Counted from the stretch's first letter, positions 10,071 to 20,943 are shown. The stretch is DNA of 64,000 nucleotides from Promethearchaeota archaeon (GCA_019057795.1 JAHLWS010000069.1:20659-84658), one strand, 5' to 3'. Numbers and translations are program-made. The notes: generated from the letters alone by a model not told the origin.

Positions 10071-10260
10071 GGTATCAAAATTTTATTTATTGGGTTTAAT
10101 TTTGTGAATTAAAGTACAAACAAATACTTTTCTAAAATGAAAATCATTTAAATTTAGAAGGTTATTCTGAAAAATTTAAAGAACTACTATTCAGAAAGAA
10201 GAAATTTCGTGAACTATTTTCATATATATTAACTTTACTTAAAAATAGAGAAAAAAAAAA

Positions 10261-11724
10261 TTATAGGTTTTTTGTTATTCGTTTTTTGTCATTAATTTCA
10301 AGTACTGTGGACATGAATATTCTCCCCAATTTTTTGTATATTTTTGAATTTTCTTTATTTGGGTTTTTAACATCAGCAAATCTTACCATTTTTTCAATTG
10401 CATCTTCGATACTGTTAAATTTACCAAGTCCACAGAAACCTAGAATTGCGGCTCCTAAAGCAGCACCGTCTTTGATTTCTGGAATTATTACTTTCTTGAT
10501 CATAACATCTGCAACCATTTGTGCCCAAAAATCACTATTCATACCGCCTCCATCTACTTTTAACTCATCTATTTTAACTTTTCCCATACCTTCTAATATA
10601 TTTAGGTACATTTGAGCACTTAAAACAGCAGATTCCATTATAGCTCTAATCATGTGACCTCTTGTATGATTTAAGCTTAATCCATGAATTGTCCCTTTTC
10701 TGAATATATACAACGGAATAAATAACAAACCTGCGCTTCCGGGACTAATCTGTTCTGCTTCTTTTGTTAAAATATCGTAAATATTTCTATTTAATTCCTC
10801 AGATTCTTTGACTTGAAGTTGTGAGAAATTGTCTTTAAACCATTTCAAGGCCGTCCCAGTTCCCGGCATAGTGCCTTCTATAAACCACTTTCCCTTAATA
10901 ACATGTGGTAAGGAGAAAATTGGCACATCCCCAGCAGGTTTCATAGGTCCATCAACAATTAAATCCACAAATGTCCCCGTTCCAAAGGTCACCTTTGCTT
11001 GCCCTTTATTAATTACTCCTAAACTTAAAGCAGCGCATTGTTGATCTCCGCCTCCCATTATTATTGGTATAGATGGATTTAAACCTAAACTTTTTGCAGC
11101 TTCATCTGTTAACTTACCAATTATTTCACCGGGAGTATGAAGTTCAGGCCATAAATTTAGTGGCATATCGTATAGATCAGCAAGACCAGCGTCCCATTGC
11201 AATGTATCCATATTTAAGATACCATATATTCCATTCGTGGGGTCTGTAACGCACGCTCCACATAATTTCATGTAAATATACGAGTCTGTGGAAATTATTT
11301 TAAAAGTTTTATTATATAATTCAGATTCGTTATTTTTCAACCAGAGTATTTTTGGGATTGCTCTTCGTAATTCTCCCTCTTCTTGGAATCCTTTAAAATC
11401 CGTAATTTCTCGTTCGTCCATCCATGTAAGCGCAGGATGCAATACTTCACCATTTATATCAATGATAGTCGTAGTTGCCCTTTGAAAGGCTGCTGAAATT
11501 CCAATTATGTCATTTGGGTCTATTACTCCACTTTTTATAATTTTGTTACAAGTACTTTTGACAGCATTCCACCATATTATTGGGTCCTGCTCTGAGATTC
11601 CAATTGGTTGTTCTACAACGGGATACTCTTCATAAGCCCGAGCTATTTCTTTCCCGTTTATATCGAAAATCATTGTTCTTGTACCTGTTGTTCCAACATC
11701 AAAAACACATATTAAATCGCTCAT
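10261..11724 (-). CDS. FGGY-family carbohydrate kinase (xylulokinase/glycerol-kinase-like; substrate unknown)
   Basis: N-terminal VFDVGTTGTRT, GGGDQQCAALSLG, and C-terminal VDGGGMNSDFWAQMVADV. Confidence 0.85.
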   Translation of the reverse strand: MSDLICVFDVGTTGTRTMIFDINGKEIARAYEEYPVVEQPIGISEQDPIIWWNAVKSTCNKIIKSGVIDPNDIIGISAAFQRATTTIIDINGEVLHPALTWMDEREITDFKGFQEEGELRRAIPKILWLKNNESELYNKTFKIISTDSYIYMKLCGACVTDPTNGIYGILNMDTLQWDAGLADLYDMPLNLWPELHTPGEIIGKLTDEAAKSLGLNPSIPIIMGGGDQQCAALSLGVINKGQAKVTFGTGTFVDLIVDGPMKPAGDVPIFSLPHVIKGKWFIEGTMPGTGTALKWFKDNFSQLQVKESEELNRNIYDILTKEAEQISPGSAGLLFIPLYIFRKGTIHGLSLNHTRGHMIRAIMESAVLSAQMYLNILEGMGKVKIDELKVDGGGMNSDFWAQMVADVMIKKVIIPEIKDGAALGAAILGFCGLGKFNSIEDAIEKMVRFADVKNPNKENSKIYKKLGRIFMSTVLEINDKKRITKNL

Positions 11725-11779
11725 TTAATCACTTTAAAAATATATTTTAAATAAATTAATTAAAAATAATTTTTTCATA

Positions 11780-13054
11780 TTAAAGTACTTTATTTAATAA
11801 TTCAGACACGTCTACTATTTTAATCTTTTCTTTTTCATCTTCTTCAAGTCCATAAGCCAAGCCTAATTCACATAATGGACATGCAGAAACAAAAACTTCT
11901 GCTCCCGTTTCCTTTAACTCATTGACTCTATTAGAAGCCTGTTTAATCGCTAAATCTTTATCGGCCCAATGAGCTGTACCACTCCAACCACAACAATGTA
12001 CGTATTCTTTAGTATATGTTGGTTCTACCAATTCCAGACTTGGAATCTTACCAAGGATGTCTCTAATAGATGAAGTATCGTTCATATTTCTAGCAATAAG
12101 ACAAGGATCGTGGATCGTTACTTTTTTCAAATCATCAGGTATATTTTTTGTTGGCTCGATTTTACCTTCGTCTAACAATTTTTTGATGTATTTTGCTATA
12201 TGAATTATTTTTTTATCGATTTTAATTCCCGCGCTTTCGTATCTTTTGGTTAATGTTAAAATACAACCAGGGCAATCTGATACAACAACATTGGCGCCCG
12301 TAGATTCAATCAATTCCTTGTTTTTATTAGCAAATCCTTTCGCTGTTTCAAAATCTCTTATATTAAATGCTGGGCCCCCACAACATACTTTTTTATCGAG
12401 ATTGGTGGAAAATTTTACTCCTGCTTTTTTAAGAATTTCAATGTTTGCCTTTATTACTTCTGGGAACTTCATTGACTCGCAACCAATATAATAATAAACC
12501 TCGTCATTACCGTCAGTTTCAACATTTTCAATCCCTTTTTCTTTATAGGTTTCGTAAATGTTGTACCCTTCAATTGTGTTTGAGCTTTTTAATTTATCAA
12601 TTTGCTCCTTACAATAATCAGGCATTAATCCTTTATCGTTTAGATCGTCTCTTACAGTTTCTAACAAAGAAACAACTGAAAAGTCAAAAGGACACCAAAT
12701 TTTACAACTCTCTTCGTTGGAACACATATACATAAGATCAATAAATGCTTTATTTTCTTCCTTTGTAGGATCTATTTTCCCTATTGACAGATAATATCCA
12801 ATTCGTGCTTTATAAGCGGGACTCATAGTTTCTGATTGCGAAGCTTGAAGCGTACCACAGTCAAACCTGCACATATTTGGACAAAGCATACATTTAATTA
12901 AATTACCAATATCTGCTTTATATTCTCCTTTAGGGTAAAAGTTCTTCTTTGTTGAGCGCATATTTTTCATTAGAATTGCTTTAATATCCCTATCTGCTTT
13001 ACTAAGGAGTGGAAGCATCCATTTATACTTTTTTAATGTTTCGAAAGCACCCAT
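11780..13054 (-). CDS. Fe-S/CCG-domain oxidoreductase subunit (GlcF/GlpC/HdrD-like)
   Basis: Ferredoxin-type Cys clusters (CPNMCRFDCG; CSNEESCKIWCP) and two CCG motifs (CCGGP, CCGWSG). The start codon abuts the stop of the upstream FAD oxidase gene. Confidence 0.8.
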   Translation of the reverse strand: MGAFETLKKYKWMLPLLSKADRDIKAILMKNMRSTKKNFYPKGEYKADIGNLIKCMLCPNMCRFDCGTLQASQSETMSPAYKARIGYYLSIGKIDPTKEENKAFIDLMYMCSNEESCKIWCPFDFSVVSLLETVRDDLNDKGLMPDYCKEQIDKLKSSNTIEGYNIYETYKEKGIENVETDGNDEVYYYIGCESMKFPEVIKANIEILKKAGVKFSTNLDKKVCCGGPAFNIRDFETAKGFANKNKELIESTGANVVVSDCPGCILTLTKRYESAGIKIDKKIIHIAKYIKKLLDEGKIEPTKNIPDDLKKVTIHDPCLIARNMNDTSSIRDILGKIPSLELVEPTYTKEYVHCCGWSGTAHWADKDLAIKQASNRVNELKETGAEVFVSACPLCELGLAYGLEEDEKEKIKIVDVSELLNKVL

Positions 13055-14533
13055 TCATTTTTCGCCTCTCTTCCATGTATCCACATAAATTTTACCTGGA
13101 TTTAAAATATTATTAGGATCTAAGAGTTTTTTAATTTCTTTCATAGTTTTCAGAGATTCCCCCCATTCTTCAGCCATCCAATGAGATCTATTAATACCTA
13201 CTCCATGATGGTGCCCAATGGAACCCCCAGCGTCTAAAACTGCTTTAATTGTTGAATTCCAACAATTTTGATAAAATTCAAGATCAGATGTACCTTTAGG
13301 AGGGACACCTCCAAACGTAAAATAGATACCAATGCCATTTGGATAAAAGTGTGAAACATGAGCCGTTATTAGTAGATTACCTTTTACCTTGCCCGTTGCT
13401 TCTAATACGGAATAATATAACTTTGTTGCGTTCTCCCATAAAGAAGCGACTTCAATAGTATCAAAGACTAATTTATAAGCAGGCATCGAAGAAGTTTCGG
13501 TAACTTTAAATCTAGTTTCAAACCAATGTTCTACCGGAGCCTCTCCGCAATCTATCCCAAGATTTTTCTCACATTTTTCTCTTGTGATTATCTCTTCTAA
13601 ATCAACTAGTTTTTGGTTTCCTTCACAAACGAAAATAACCATTACTTTATCTTTCGCATTTTCAACTTCGCCAAAATGCCTATTAGTTTCTGATTGGTCG
13701 TAAATTCTGATAACCGCAGGATTCATATTCTCCCTTAAAATTTCTCTTACAGCTTCAAAAGAGGCTTCAATTGAAGGAAATGTGTATGATATTAATGTTC
13801 TTTTTTCCGGAATAGGCCATATTTTCAATGTTGCTTGTGTAACTATCCCTAAGGTTCCTTCTCCTCCTATAAATAATTTATCAAGTAAAGGTCCTGTTGA
13901 TGCTCCTGCAATCGTTTTGAATTTGATAAGGTCGCCTTGTGGTAATATTACATCCATACCTAAAACTATATCTTCAATTTTACCATATTTGGTTGAAAAT
14001 TGACCCGCTGCTCTATGAGCAATCCAACCACCTAGTGAAGATGTGTAAAGAGATTGTGGTATGTGCCCCGTAGTATATCCTTTAGCCTCCAAAAACCTTT
14101 CTAAATTCATTCCATTAATTCCAGCTTGAGCGGTTACCGTTAAATTTTTCTCGTTTATATCCACGATCTTGTTAAACTTTTTCATATCAAGAATTATACC
14201 CCCATAAATAGGTATAGCGCCTCCAACAACTCCAGAACCCTCAGCAAATGGAATTACAGGGATTTTCTCTAGATTTGCTAGCTTTAAAATTTCTGAAATT
14301 TGAATGACATTTTCTGGCCAAGTTATAAAATCAGGTAAACCTGCAATTATTCCTTGTATTGTCCAATTCAAAGCTATCATCGAAGTGTCTTTTGTATAAG
14401 CCAATAAGTCCACTTCTTCAGTCGAAACATTTTTTTCTCCGATAATCTCAATTAGTTTTAACTTAATGTTTGACTTATTTTTAATTTCAGAGCGATTTTC
14501 CTTATATATTATTTCAAAATCTTTAAAATCCAT
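13055..14533 (-). CDS. FAD-linked oxidase (GlcD/D-lactate dehydrogenase-like)
   Basis: FAD_binding_4 pattern PVIPFAEGSGVVGGAIP and C-terminal GGSIGHHHGVG. It has zero intergenic distance to the CCG-domain gene. Confidence 0.85.
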   Translation of the reverse strand: MDFKDFEIIYKENRSEIKNKSNIKLKLIEIIGEKNVSTEEVDLLAYTKDTSMIALNWTIQGIIAGLPDFITWPENVIQISEILKLANLEKIPVIPFAEGSGVVGGAIPIYGGIILDMKKFNKIVDINEKNLTVTAQAGINGMNLERFLEAKGYTTGHIPQSLYTSSLGGWIAHRAAGQFSTKYGKIEDIVLGMDVILPQGDLIKFKTIAGASTGPLLDKLFIGGEGTLGIVTQATLKIWPIPEKRTLISYTFPSIEASFEAVREILRENMNPAVIRIYDQSETNRHFGEVENAKDKVMVIFVCEGNQKLVDLEEIITREKCEKNLGIDCGEAPVEHWFETRFKVTETSSMPAYKLVFDTIEVASLWENATKLYYSVLEATGKVKGNLLITAHVSHFYPNGIGIYFTFGGVPPKGTSDLEFYQNCWNSTIKAVLDAGGSIGHHHGVGINRSHWMAEEWGESLKTMKEIKKLLDPNNILNPGKIYVDTWKRGEK

Positions 14534-14658
14534 ATAAAATCAGTATTTAATTTATGGTTTGTTATCATAGTAAAATGATTAGAATTAATTTAAAATTTCT
14601 ACTTTTATTAATATTCTAACACTATTTGTAACAAAAACTACGAGAAAAAGCGTGTAAA

Positions 14659-16143
14659 TTAATAAAATGTTTCTCCTGTAATTCTATTCACCTTTAAATG
14701 TCTAAACCTAGCTTGAGTTTTAATCAGCTCCATATTTAAAGATACTTTCTCTACAACCTCGGGGGGAAATAAATATTTAGCCAGTTGAATAATCATCTGT
14801 CGAGTTTCAATACAATTAAATAATTTAAGAATTTCTAATGCGTAAAACAGCTCGGAAATTAAATCAAAATTCATATCTGCTGAAAACTCAAGAAGTTCTA
14901 AATTTCTATAAATTCTAGATATTATACTTGATAAAAGGTCGTAGTCTTTTACCCTTTCTAAAGTATTTCTCATATAATTACAAAATAATACGTAATAAGT
15001 CGCTTCAGATGAAATAAAGCCATCTCTATATTGCTTTATTCCTTCCGGTGTTATTCTATGTTCTAATTCTTCCAATATTGCATAAATATTGTCTTCTATG
15101 TTACGAGCACGAATAAGATTATAAATTTTTAAGATTACAACTAGTTGAGATGTTTCTAAATTCTTTAGATAAGATTGCTCGAAATATTTAGAATCAGCTT
15201 CTATTAAACTATTAAGTTGAGAATTTGTAAGCCACAATTTCATAAATTGTGTAGCTTTTAATAGGTAATATACTCCATCAGTAGCTTGTACTAAGGGTGC
15301 TTCAAACTCATCTATCCCTTCTTCATATAAATCCATTAAAAAATTCTTAATTTTATCTTTGTCTAATTTTAGATTAAAAAGGTTTGCTAAATAAATCCCA
15401 CAAAAATAGAGGTCAGGATTTTTTAAAGTAACAAGCGGAATTGTAACCAACCACTCACTCATATTATTCAAAATGTATTCTTTAATATGAGAAAAATCAA
15501 ATCTCCTTTCTAAGTGGAAAAAGCTAATTATACGGTCTATTAAATATAAAAGTTGTAATTTTTCTTTTGGATCCTCTAAATCTTCTAAAACCTCAATTCT
15601 TTTTTTATTTCCAATTAATTTCTTTACGAATCGCTCTTGAATTTGAAGATATTTCTTCAAATTTTCTTTTTTTTCTGGATGTTTATTAATTAGATCTTTT
15701 AAATTTCTCAATTCAACTATAAATTCTAAACTCAGAAAATCTTTTGATTTCAAATTTAGTATAATTGGATTAACATTAATATCAACTAAATAATCTACAA
15801 CTTTTTCTAAAAAAATCTCATACATAATAGGTGCTATTTTTATATCGTAAATTTCATGAATAGAAGAAATTTTACAATTACCATTAGGATTAATCTCAAA
15901 GAAAAGGTCTAAAAATTTATTTTCTATTTCTTCTAGCTCAAATTCCATTTCTAGTAAATCTGCTTTGATAAAATCTAAAATTTCAGCAAATCTATTATCC
16001 AAATTATCTATTTCAATTTTCTTCATTTTAACATAATTATAAATTCTTTCGCGAAAAAATTGGTCTACCCTATTATAAAAAGAATCAACATTGTCGAGGT
16101 ATAAACTAAAAATGTTAAATAATCCTTGAAAAATCATTGACAA
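14659..16143 (-). CDS. Hypothetical all-helical protein (494 aa) with about 6 periodic helix motifs in the C-terminal 300 residues
   Basis: Long ORF with no recognised motifs. See the finding on its 42-49 residue periodicity. Confidence 0.6.
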   Translation of the reverse strand: MSMIFQGLFNIFSLYLDNVDSFYNRVDQFFRERIYNYVKMKKIEIDNLDNRFAEILDFIKADLLEMEFELEEIENKFLDLFFEINPNGNCKISSIHEIYDIKIAPIMYEIFLEKVVDYLVDINVNPIILNLKSKDFLSLEFIVELRNLKDLINKHPEKKENLKKYLQIQERFVKKLIGNKKRIEVLEDLEDPKEKLQLLYLIDRIISFFHLERRFDFSHIKEYILNNMSEWLVTIPLVTLKNPDLYFCGIYLANLFNLKLDKDKIKNFLMDLYEEGIDEFEAPLVQATDGVYYLLKATQFMKLWLTNSQLNSLIEADSKYFEQSYLKNLETSQLVVILKIYNLIRARNIEDNIYAILEELEHRITPEGIKQYRDGFISSEATYYVLFCNYMRNTLERVKDYDLLSSIISRIYRNLELLEFSADMNFDLISELFYALEILKLFNCIETRQMIIQLAKYLFPPEVVEKVSLNMELIKTQARFRHLKVNRITGETFY

Positions 16144-16513
16144 CTACCCGAAATTTTAATACCAGTTTTAATTATAGCTATACTCAATATATTTTATAGA
16201 ATATATGGAAGAACAGAAATTAATATTTTATTCTTATTTCAATAAAATGAAAATATTTGCCGATTATTATTTAATTAGGCGGTTATATTTAAGTATGAAA
16301 TTTATCAAAAAAAAATTAAAAATGATAATAGGTTCTTAATGTCTTTAATTTAAAATTTATAATTTTAACTCGTAATAAAAATCCTTCTATGAAATTAAAG
16401 ATTTGACCATTTGAATTTTAACCTTAATGGATACTTAAAATTCGAAAAAATTACTTCATAAAATTTAAAATTAAAGAATAATCTATATATATAAGATAAT
16501 TTTTAAGGAAACG

Positions 16514-17950
16514 ATGAAAAATATGACTTCAAATATATTTGGTACTTCAGGCATAAGAAAGGTGTTCCAAAATTATAGCGAGACAGATCTCATGTTTACG
16601 CCGCAAATGGCTTTAGATGTGGGATTGGCGTTGGGCACATATTTAAAAGGTAAAGGAATCGTAGTTATCGGGAAGGATATTAGAACTTCTGCTTTACCAA
16701 TAGAATATTCATTAATCTCAGGGATTTTAAGTACGGGATGTAATGTGAAAACATTAGGAATTGTAACTACGCCCACATTAGCAATGTCTTTACGATATCT
16801 AAAAGGGGATGCTGGTGTTGAAATCACAGCCTCTCATAATACTCCCGAATACATCGGGCTCAAGTTATGGAATCCTTCAGGTATAGGGTATTCCCACGAG
16901 CAAGAAGATGAAATTTCGCGAATATATGACGAGAAGGATTTTCTTGATATCAAATGGGATCAAATTGGAAGAGTTACTCAGGTTAATGATATTAACGATA
17001 AACACATTTCAGATATAATGGATCGTATAGCATTTGATGGGAGTAAACTTAATGTTATAGTTGACCCTGGAAACGGAGCAGGATGTGAAATTGTCCCAAG
17101 GTTATTAAGTGCTTACAATGTAAATATTATTACCATAAATGCGCAGATGGATGGTAAATTCCCTGGAAGAAATTCAGAACCTAGCGAAAAAAATTTGATT
17201 CAGATTTCCAAATTTCTGAAAATATCAACACAAGAAGATATTGGAATAGCGCTAGACGGGGATGCTGATAGAGTTATTTTCTTAGATGAAACTGGTGAGA
17301 TTGTCGATCCAGTTAGGTTATTAGCCCTCTTGGCGAAATATTATATACAAAATAATAAAAATAAAATTTCATTGAATGATATGAAAATATCTACTCCAGT
17401 AAACTCATCTAGCTTAATTGAAGATGTGTTACAACCGCTAGGTTGCGAAGTAATAAGAACTGAGGTCGGAGATATTCAAGTAGCTCAAGCTTTACAGAAG
17501 AATGGGGGATTCTTAGGTGGAGAAACTTCAGGTACTTATATTTGGCCCAGCTTCCATTTAGGTCCAGATTCAATAGTCACAATTGGATTAGTATTGCAAA
17601 TGATAGTCAAAACAGGAAAAAATTTAATAGAATTATTGAAAGAAATACCAAAATATCCCTACTACCGTAAACAATTTCAGCTTATAAAAGACATTCCCTT
17701 TACTGATGAGATAAACCAAAAAATTATTACTGAGATGAAAGAGAGCTTCGAATCTATGGGAAAAGTTTTAAAATCTATTAATAAAATGGACGGTTGTCGA
17801 TTCGATTACGATAATGGATGGATTTTAATAAGACGTTCAGGAACTAGCCCATATTTAAGAATTTCTGGTGAATCTAGTGTCGATATAAATCAATCAATTG
17901 AAATGAATAAAATAGCAGAAGAAAAAATGAAGAAATTAAATTTAATATAA
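16514..17950 (+). CDS. glmM: Phosphoglucosamine/phosphohexose mutase (PGM/PMM superfamily, intact motifs)
   Basis: Phosphoserine loop TASHNTPEY, Mg loop DGDADR, sugar loop GGETSGT, phosphate loop RRSGTSPYLR. The symbol is assigned from the UDP-GlcNAc gene context only. Confidence 0.8.
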   Translation: MKNMTSNIFGTSGIRKVFQNYSETDLMFTPQMALDVGLALGTYLKGKGIVVIGKDIRTSALPIEYSLISGILSTGCNVKTLGIVTTPTLAMSLRYLKGDAGVEITASHNTPEYIGLKLWNPSGIGYSHEQEDEISRIYDEKDFLDIKWDQIGRVTQVNDINDKHISDIMDRIAFDGSKLNVIVDPGNGAGCEIVPRLLSAYNVNIITINAQMDGKFPGRNSEPSEKNLIQISKFLKISTQEDIGIALDGDADRVIFLDETGEIVDPVRLLALLAKYYIQNNKNKISLNDMKISTPVNSSSLIEDVLQPLGCEVIRTEVGDIQVAQALQKNGGFLGGETSGTYIWPSFHLGPDSIVTIGLVLQMIVKTGKNLIELLKEIPKYPYYRKQFQLIKDIPFTDEINQKIITEMKESFESMGKVLKSINKMDGCRFDYDNGWILIRRSGTSPYLRISGESSVDINQSIEMNKIAEEKMKKLNLI

Positions 17951-17969
17951 AGCTTTTCTAAAGCATCTA

Positions 17970-17976
17970 TTTTTTT
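17970..17976 (+). terminator. Oligo-T tract downstream of glmM-like gene (archaeal-type terminator candidate)
   Basis: T7 run about 20 nt after the TAA stop. Confidence 0.3.
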
Positions 17977-17984
17977 ATGTGGAA

Positions 17985-18947
17985 TTAACTGTTTCTAATT
18001 TCTATTTCTATTCCTTTTTGTTCAAGCTTTTTTTTGTTAGCAAGAAGTTCTCGACCAGCGATTTTGTCTAATACATAGGTCAGATTACCACCATTATTTG
18101 AATATATCTGCCCATAAGAAATTGGAATATCTGGAGTTGGATCATTTAATAACGATTTGGTGACTGATTCAACCTTACGTTCGCCATTAGCCAACAGAAT
18201 TACTGCCTTTGCTTTATATACTAATTCAGCCCCCATACTGATTGCATACTGAGGGGACTCTTCTTTTGTAGCGAAATGACCATCTGTCACAGCATTTTCT
18301 ACAGTGTTATCGTCAAGTTTTACTAATAAAACGTTACTCCCTTCAAAAGGGATTCCTGATTCATGAAAAGCAACATGACCACGACCTCCAACGCCTATTA
18401 TATGTAAATCAATACCACCAGCATCTGTAATTTTTTGAACATACCCTTCTAGTATTGTTTTTTGAATCCACTTTAAATAATCTGACACCGGATTTTCTTT
18501 AATAGATATCGATTTACCTGCATCTGTACCCAATTCACTCCAGTCTTCTGGATTTGCGTCAAGTTCATTTATTAATTGTTTTTGATCAATCAAACAACCA
18601 TAAGGGACCGAGGTCTCGATGAATTTTTTATCAAGAAGCCCAAAAAATTCTTGAATCATAAAATAACAATAACTCTCTGGATGTAGCATTCGTTGTTGAG
18701 CATTTTCACCAGGGAGACCTACATATTCATCAAGATTAAAGCTACGAATTCGAGTACTATCAAATTCACCAGAATTAGCCATCCGAGCTAAATTTTTATA
18801 CATCCCGGTAGGTGAATTTCCTGTTGCAAGCCCTAAAACATATTCACCCTTGTCTTGTAATCCTTGGATGATATGTTCTTTTACGATTTCTGCTGCAACC
18901 TTACTTAGTTGTTCAAAATTATCTGTTACAAATACTTTAATCGCCAT
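17985..18947 (-). CDS. nagB: Glucosamine-6-phosphate deaminase/isomerase family protein (long variant)
   Basis: LGLATGNSPTGMY, NLDEYVGL, GVGGRGHVAFHES. It carries roughly 35-40 extra residues before the GxGxxGH loop compared with E. coli NagB as I remember it. Confidence 0.75.
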   Translation of the reverse strand: MAIKVFVTDNFEQLSKVAAEIVKEHIIQGLQDKGEYVLGLATGNSPTGMYKNLARMANSGEFDSTRIRSFNLDEYVGLPGENAQQRMLHPESYCYFMIQEFFGLLDKKFIETSVPYGCLIDQKQLINELDANPEDWSELGTDAGKSISIKENPVSDYLKWIQKTILEGYVQKITDAGGIDLHIIGVGGRGHVAFHESGIPFEGSNVLLVKLDDNTVENAVTDGHFATKEESPQYAISMGAELVYKAKAVILLANGERKVESVTKSLLNDPTPDIPISYGQIYSNNGGNLTYVLDKIAGRELLANKKKLEQKGIEIEIRNS

Positions 18948-19092
18948 TAAAAATACTTCTAAAATTTATTTTAAACTAAAAAAAGGTTTACATAATAAAA
19001 ATTTAATTATATGAACTTCTTGGATTATATTTGTTATATCTTCGTTCGGGAACAAAAATATTTTTATTCCTTTCATTCTTTTCTATTTTTAA

Positions 19093-20943
19093 ATGTGTGG
19101 TATTTTTGGAATAATTACTAATCAAGAAATTCCTTTAGGAAAAGTTGTCTTAGAAGGAATTAAACGATTAGAATACCGTGGATATGATTCATGTGGTATT
19201 GTTTCACTCTGTAATTCTAAATTATTTGTTAAAAAAGAGGCTGGAAAAATTGCTGATATCTGTAAAAAAGTTAAATTAGATGAGTTTCCTGATGGTTCGA
19301 AACTTGCGTTGGCCCATACAAGATGGGCAACTCATGGGGCACCTACTAAACAAAACAGTCATCCGCATTTAGATTGTTTCAACAAAATTGCAGTTGTGCA
19401 TAATGGGATAATAGAAAATTTTATGGAATTACGGAATGAACTCTCTTCTACAGGACACTCGTTTAAATCAGATACTGATACTGAAGTTATTCCCCATTTA
19501 ATTGAAGATTTTATGAAAAAAGGTTTTAATCTTAAGCTTGCTACCATAAGCGCATTAAAAAAATGTAAAGGAGCATACGCAATAGCAGTCTGTCAGGTTG
19601 ATAATCCTGATACGATTATAGTTGCTCGAAAGGAATCTCCTTTAATAATTGGAATAGAAGAAGGAAAAACAACTTATTGTTCTTCAGATATTCCTGCTTT
19701 TCTACCTCTTACTCGTAAATGTTATATAATGGAAGATAACGAACTTGCTGTTTTGAAAGCGGGAGAAGTAAAATTTTTTGATCTTAAAAACGATAATGAA
19801 TTGATTAAAAAAAAAATACAAAATATTGAATGGAATATAGATGCTGCTGAAAAATGTGGTTATGAGCATTTTATGCTAAAAGAAATTTTCGAACAACCAA
19901 ATGCATTAAGGTATACTATGAAAATTTCAGAGCAACTTTTAAGTAAGTTCGCAAACGCTTTATTATCAGCAGATAACATATATATTACTGCTGCGGGTAC
20001 ATCTTATCACGCAGCACTAGCAGGAAAATTTATAATTACTAGATTTCTTGGTAAAAACATTCAAGATATAGAATGCTCTGAATTTGAGACTCAACTAACA
20101 GGTAGTTTACAAGATGATTCCGTGATTATTGCAATCTCTCAATCAGGTGAAACGATTGATACGATTGAAGCGATTAGATGGGCAAAAAAGGCAAAGTCTG
20201 TTAAAATCTTAACGATTACTAATGTTGTAGGCTCATCGATTACTAGGTATTCCGATCACGTGATCGTAACAAATGCAGGACCTGAGATTGGTGTAGCCGC
20301 AACAAAAACGTATAGCACACAAGTTCTTGCTCTTGCTTTGATAGCAGTTTCAATCGCAAAAATTAGAAAAATAATATCAGACGAAGATATAATAAAATAC
20401 TACGGTGCTTTAACTGGAATTCCTAATATCATTGAAAATTTCCTTAAAAAAAATGTTGATTTAATTAAATATATCGTAAATAATTTAGAAAAAAATCTGA
20501 ATTATTTCTTTTTAGCAAGAGGTATTTCAATCGCAACTGCCAAAGAAGGAGGATTAAAATTGAAAGAAGTTGCTTGTCGATTTATCGAAGGTTATTCAGC
20601 AGCTTCTGCTAAACATGGGCCAATTTCTTTAGTAAGAGAAGGATTTCCTATAATTTTTATTGCTCCACCTGACGAGACATATAATAGATTAGTTGGGAAC
20701 GTAATGGAGTTCAAATCTAGAGGAGGAAGAATTATTTCCGTCGTTGTGGAAAGCGATGTAAAAATAACAAAATTAAGTGACATAACAATTCGAATTCCTC
20801 AACCCGCTGATAAATATCATAATCTTTTCAGCCCAATTACTTTCATGCCTGCCTTACAATTATTAGCCTATTATGCTGCCTTAGCTCATGATCTAGACCC
20901 CGATAAACCATTAAATCTTAGTAAGACTGTGACCGTTCATTAA
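19093..20943 (+). CDS. glmS: Glutamine--fructose-6-phosphate aminotransferase (isomerising)
   Basis: N-terminal MCGIFGI nucleophile, two SIS domains (SQSGETIDT), and a C-terminal ...LSKTVTVH tail (canonical tail is ...KSVTVE). Confidence 0.95.
   Translation: MCGIFGIITNQEIPLGKVVLEGIKRLEYRGYDSCGIVSLCNSKLFVKKEAGKIADICKKVKLDEFPDGSKLALAHTRWATHGAPTKQNSHPHLDCFNKIAVVHNGIIENFMELRNELSSTGHSFKSDTDTEVIPHLIEDFMKKGFNLKLATISALKKCKGAYAIAVCQVDNPDTIIVARKESPLIIGIEEGKTTYCSSDIPAFLPLTRKCYIMEDNELAVLKAGEVKFFDLKNDNELIKKKIQNIEWNIDAAEKCGYEHFMLKEIFEQPNALRYTMKISEQLLSKFANALLSADNIYITAAGTSYHAALAGKFIITRFLGKNIQDIECSEFETQLTGSLQDDSVIIAISQSGETIDTIEAIRWAKKAKSVKILTITNVVGSSITRYSDHVIVTNAGPEIGVAATKTYSTQVLALALIAVSIAKIRKIISDEDIIKYYGALTGIPNIIENFLKKNVDLIKYIVNNLEKNLNYFFLARGISIATAKEGGLKLKEVACRFIEGYSAASAKHGPISLVREGFPIIFIAPPDETYNRLVGNVMEFKSRGGRIISVVVESDVKITKLSDITIRIPQPADKYHNLFSPITFMPALQLLAYYAALAHDLDPDKPLNLSKTVTVH

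Noticed and set aside
16244-16256. Third partial occurrence (AAAATGAAAATAT) of the 20-mer that flanks the ddl-racemase cassette
   Set aside because: Only 13 nt of A/T-rich sequence match, and the flanks differ. This could be a chance match or a generic promoter-like motif, so it was not counted as part of the duplication footprint.
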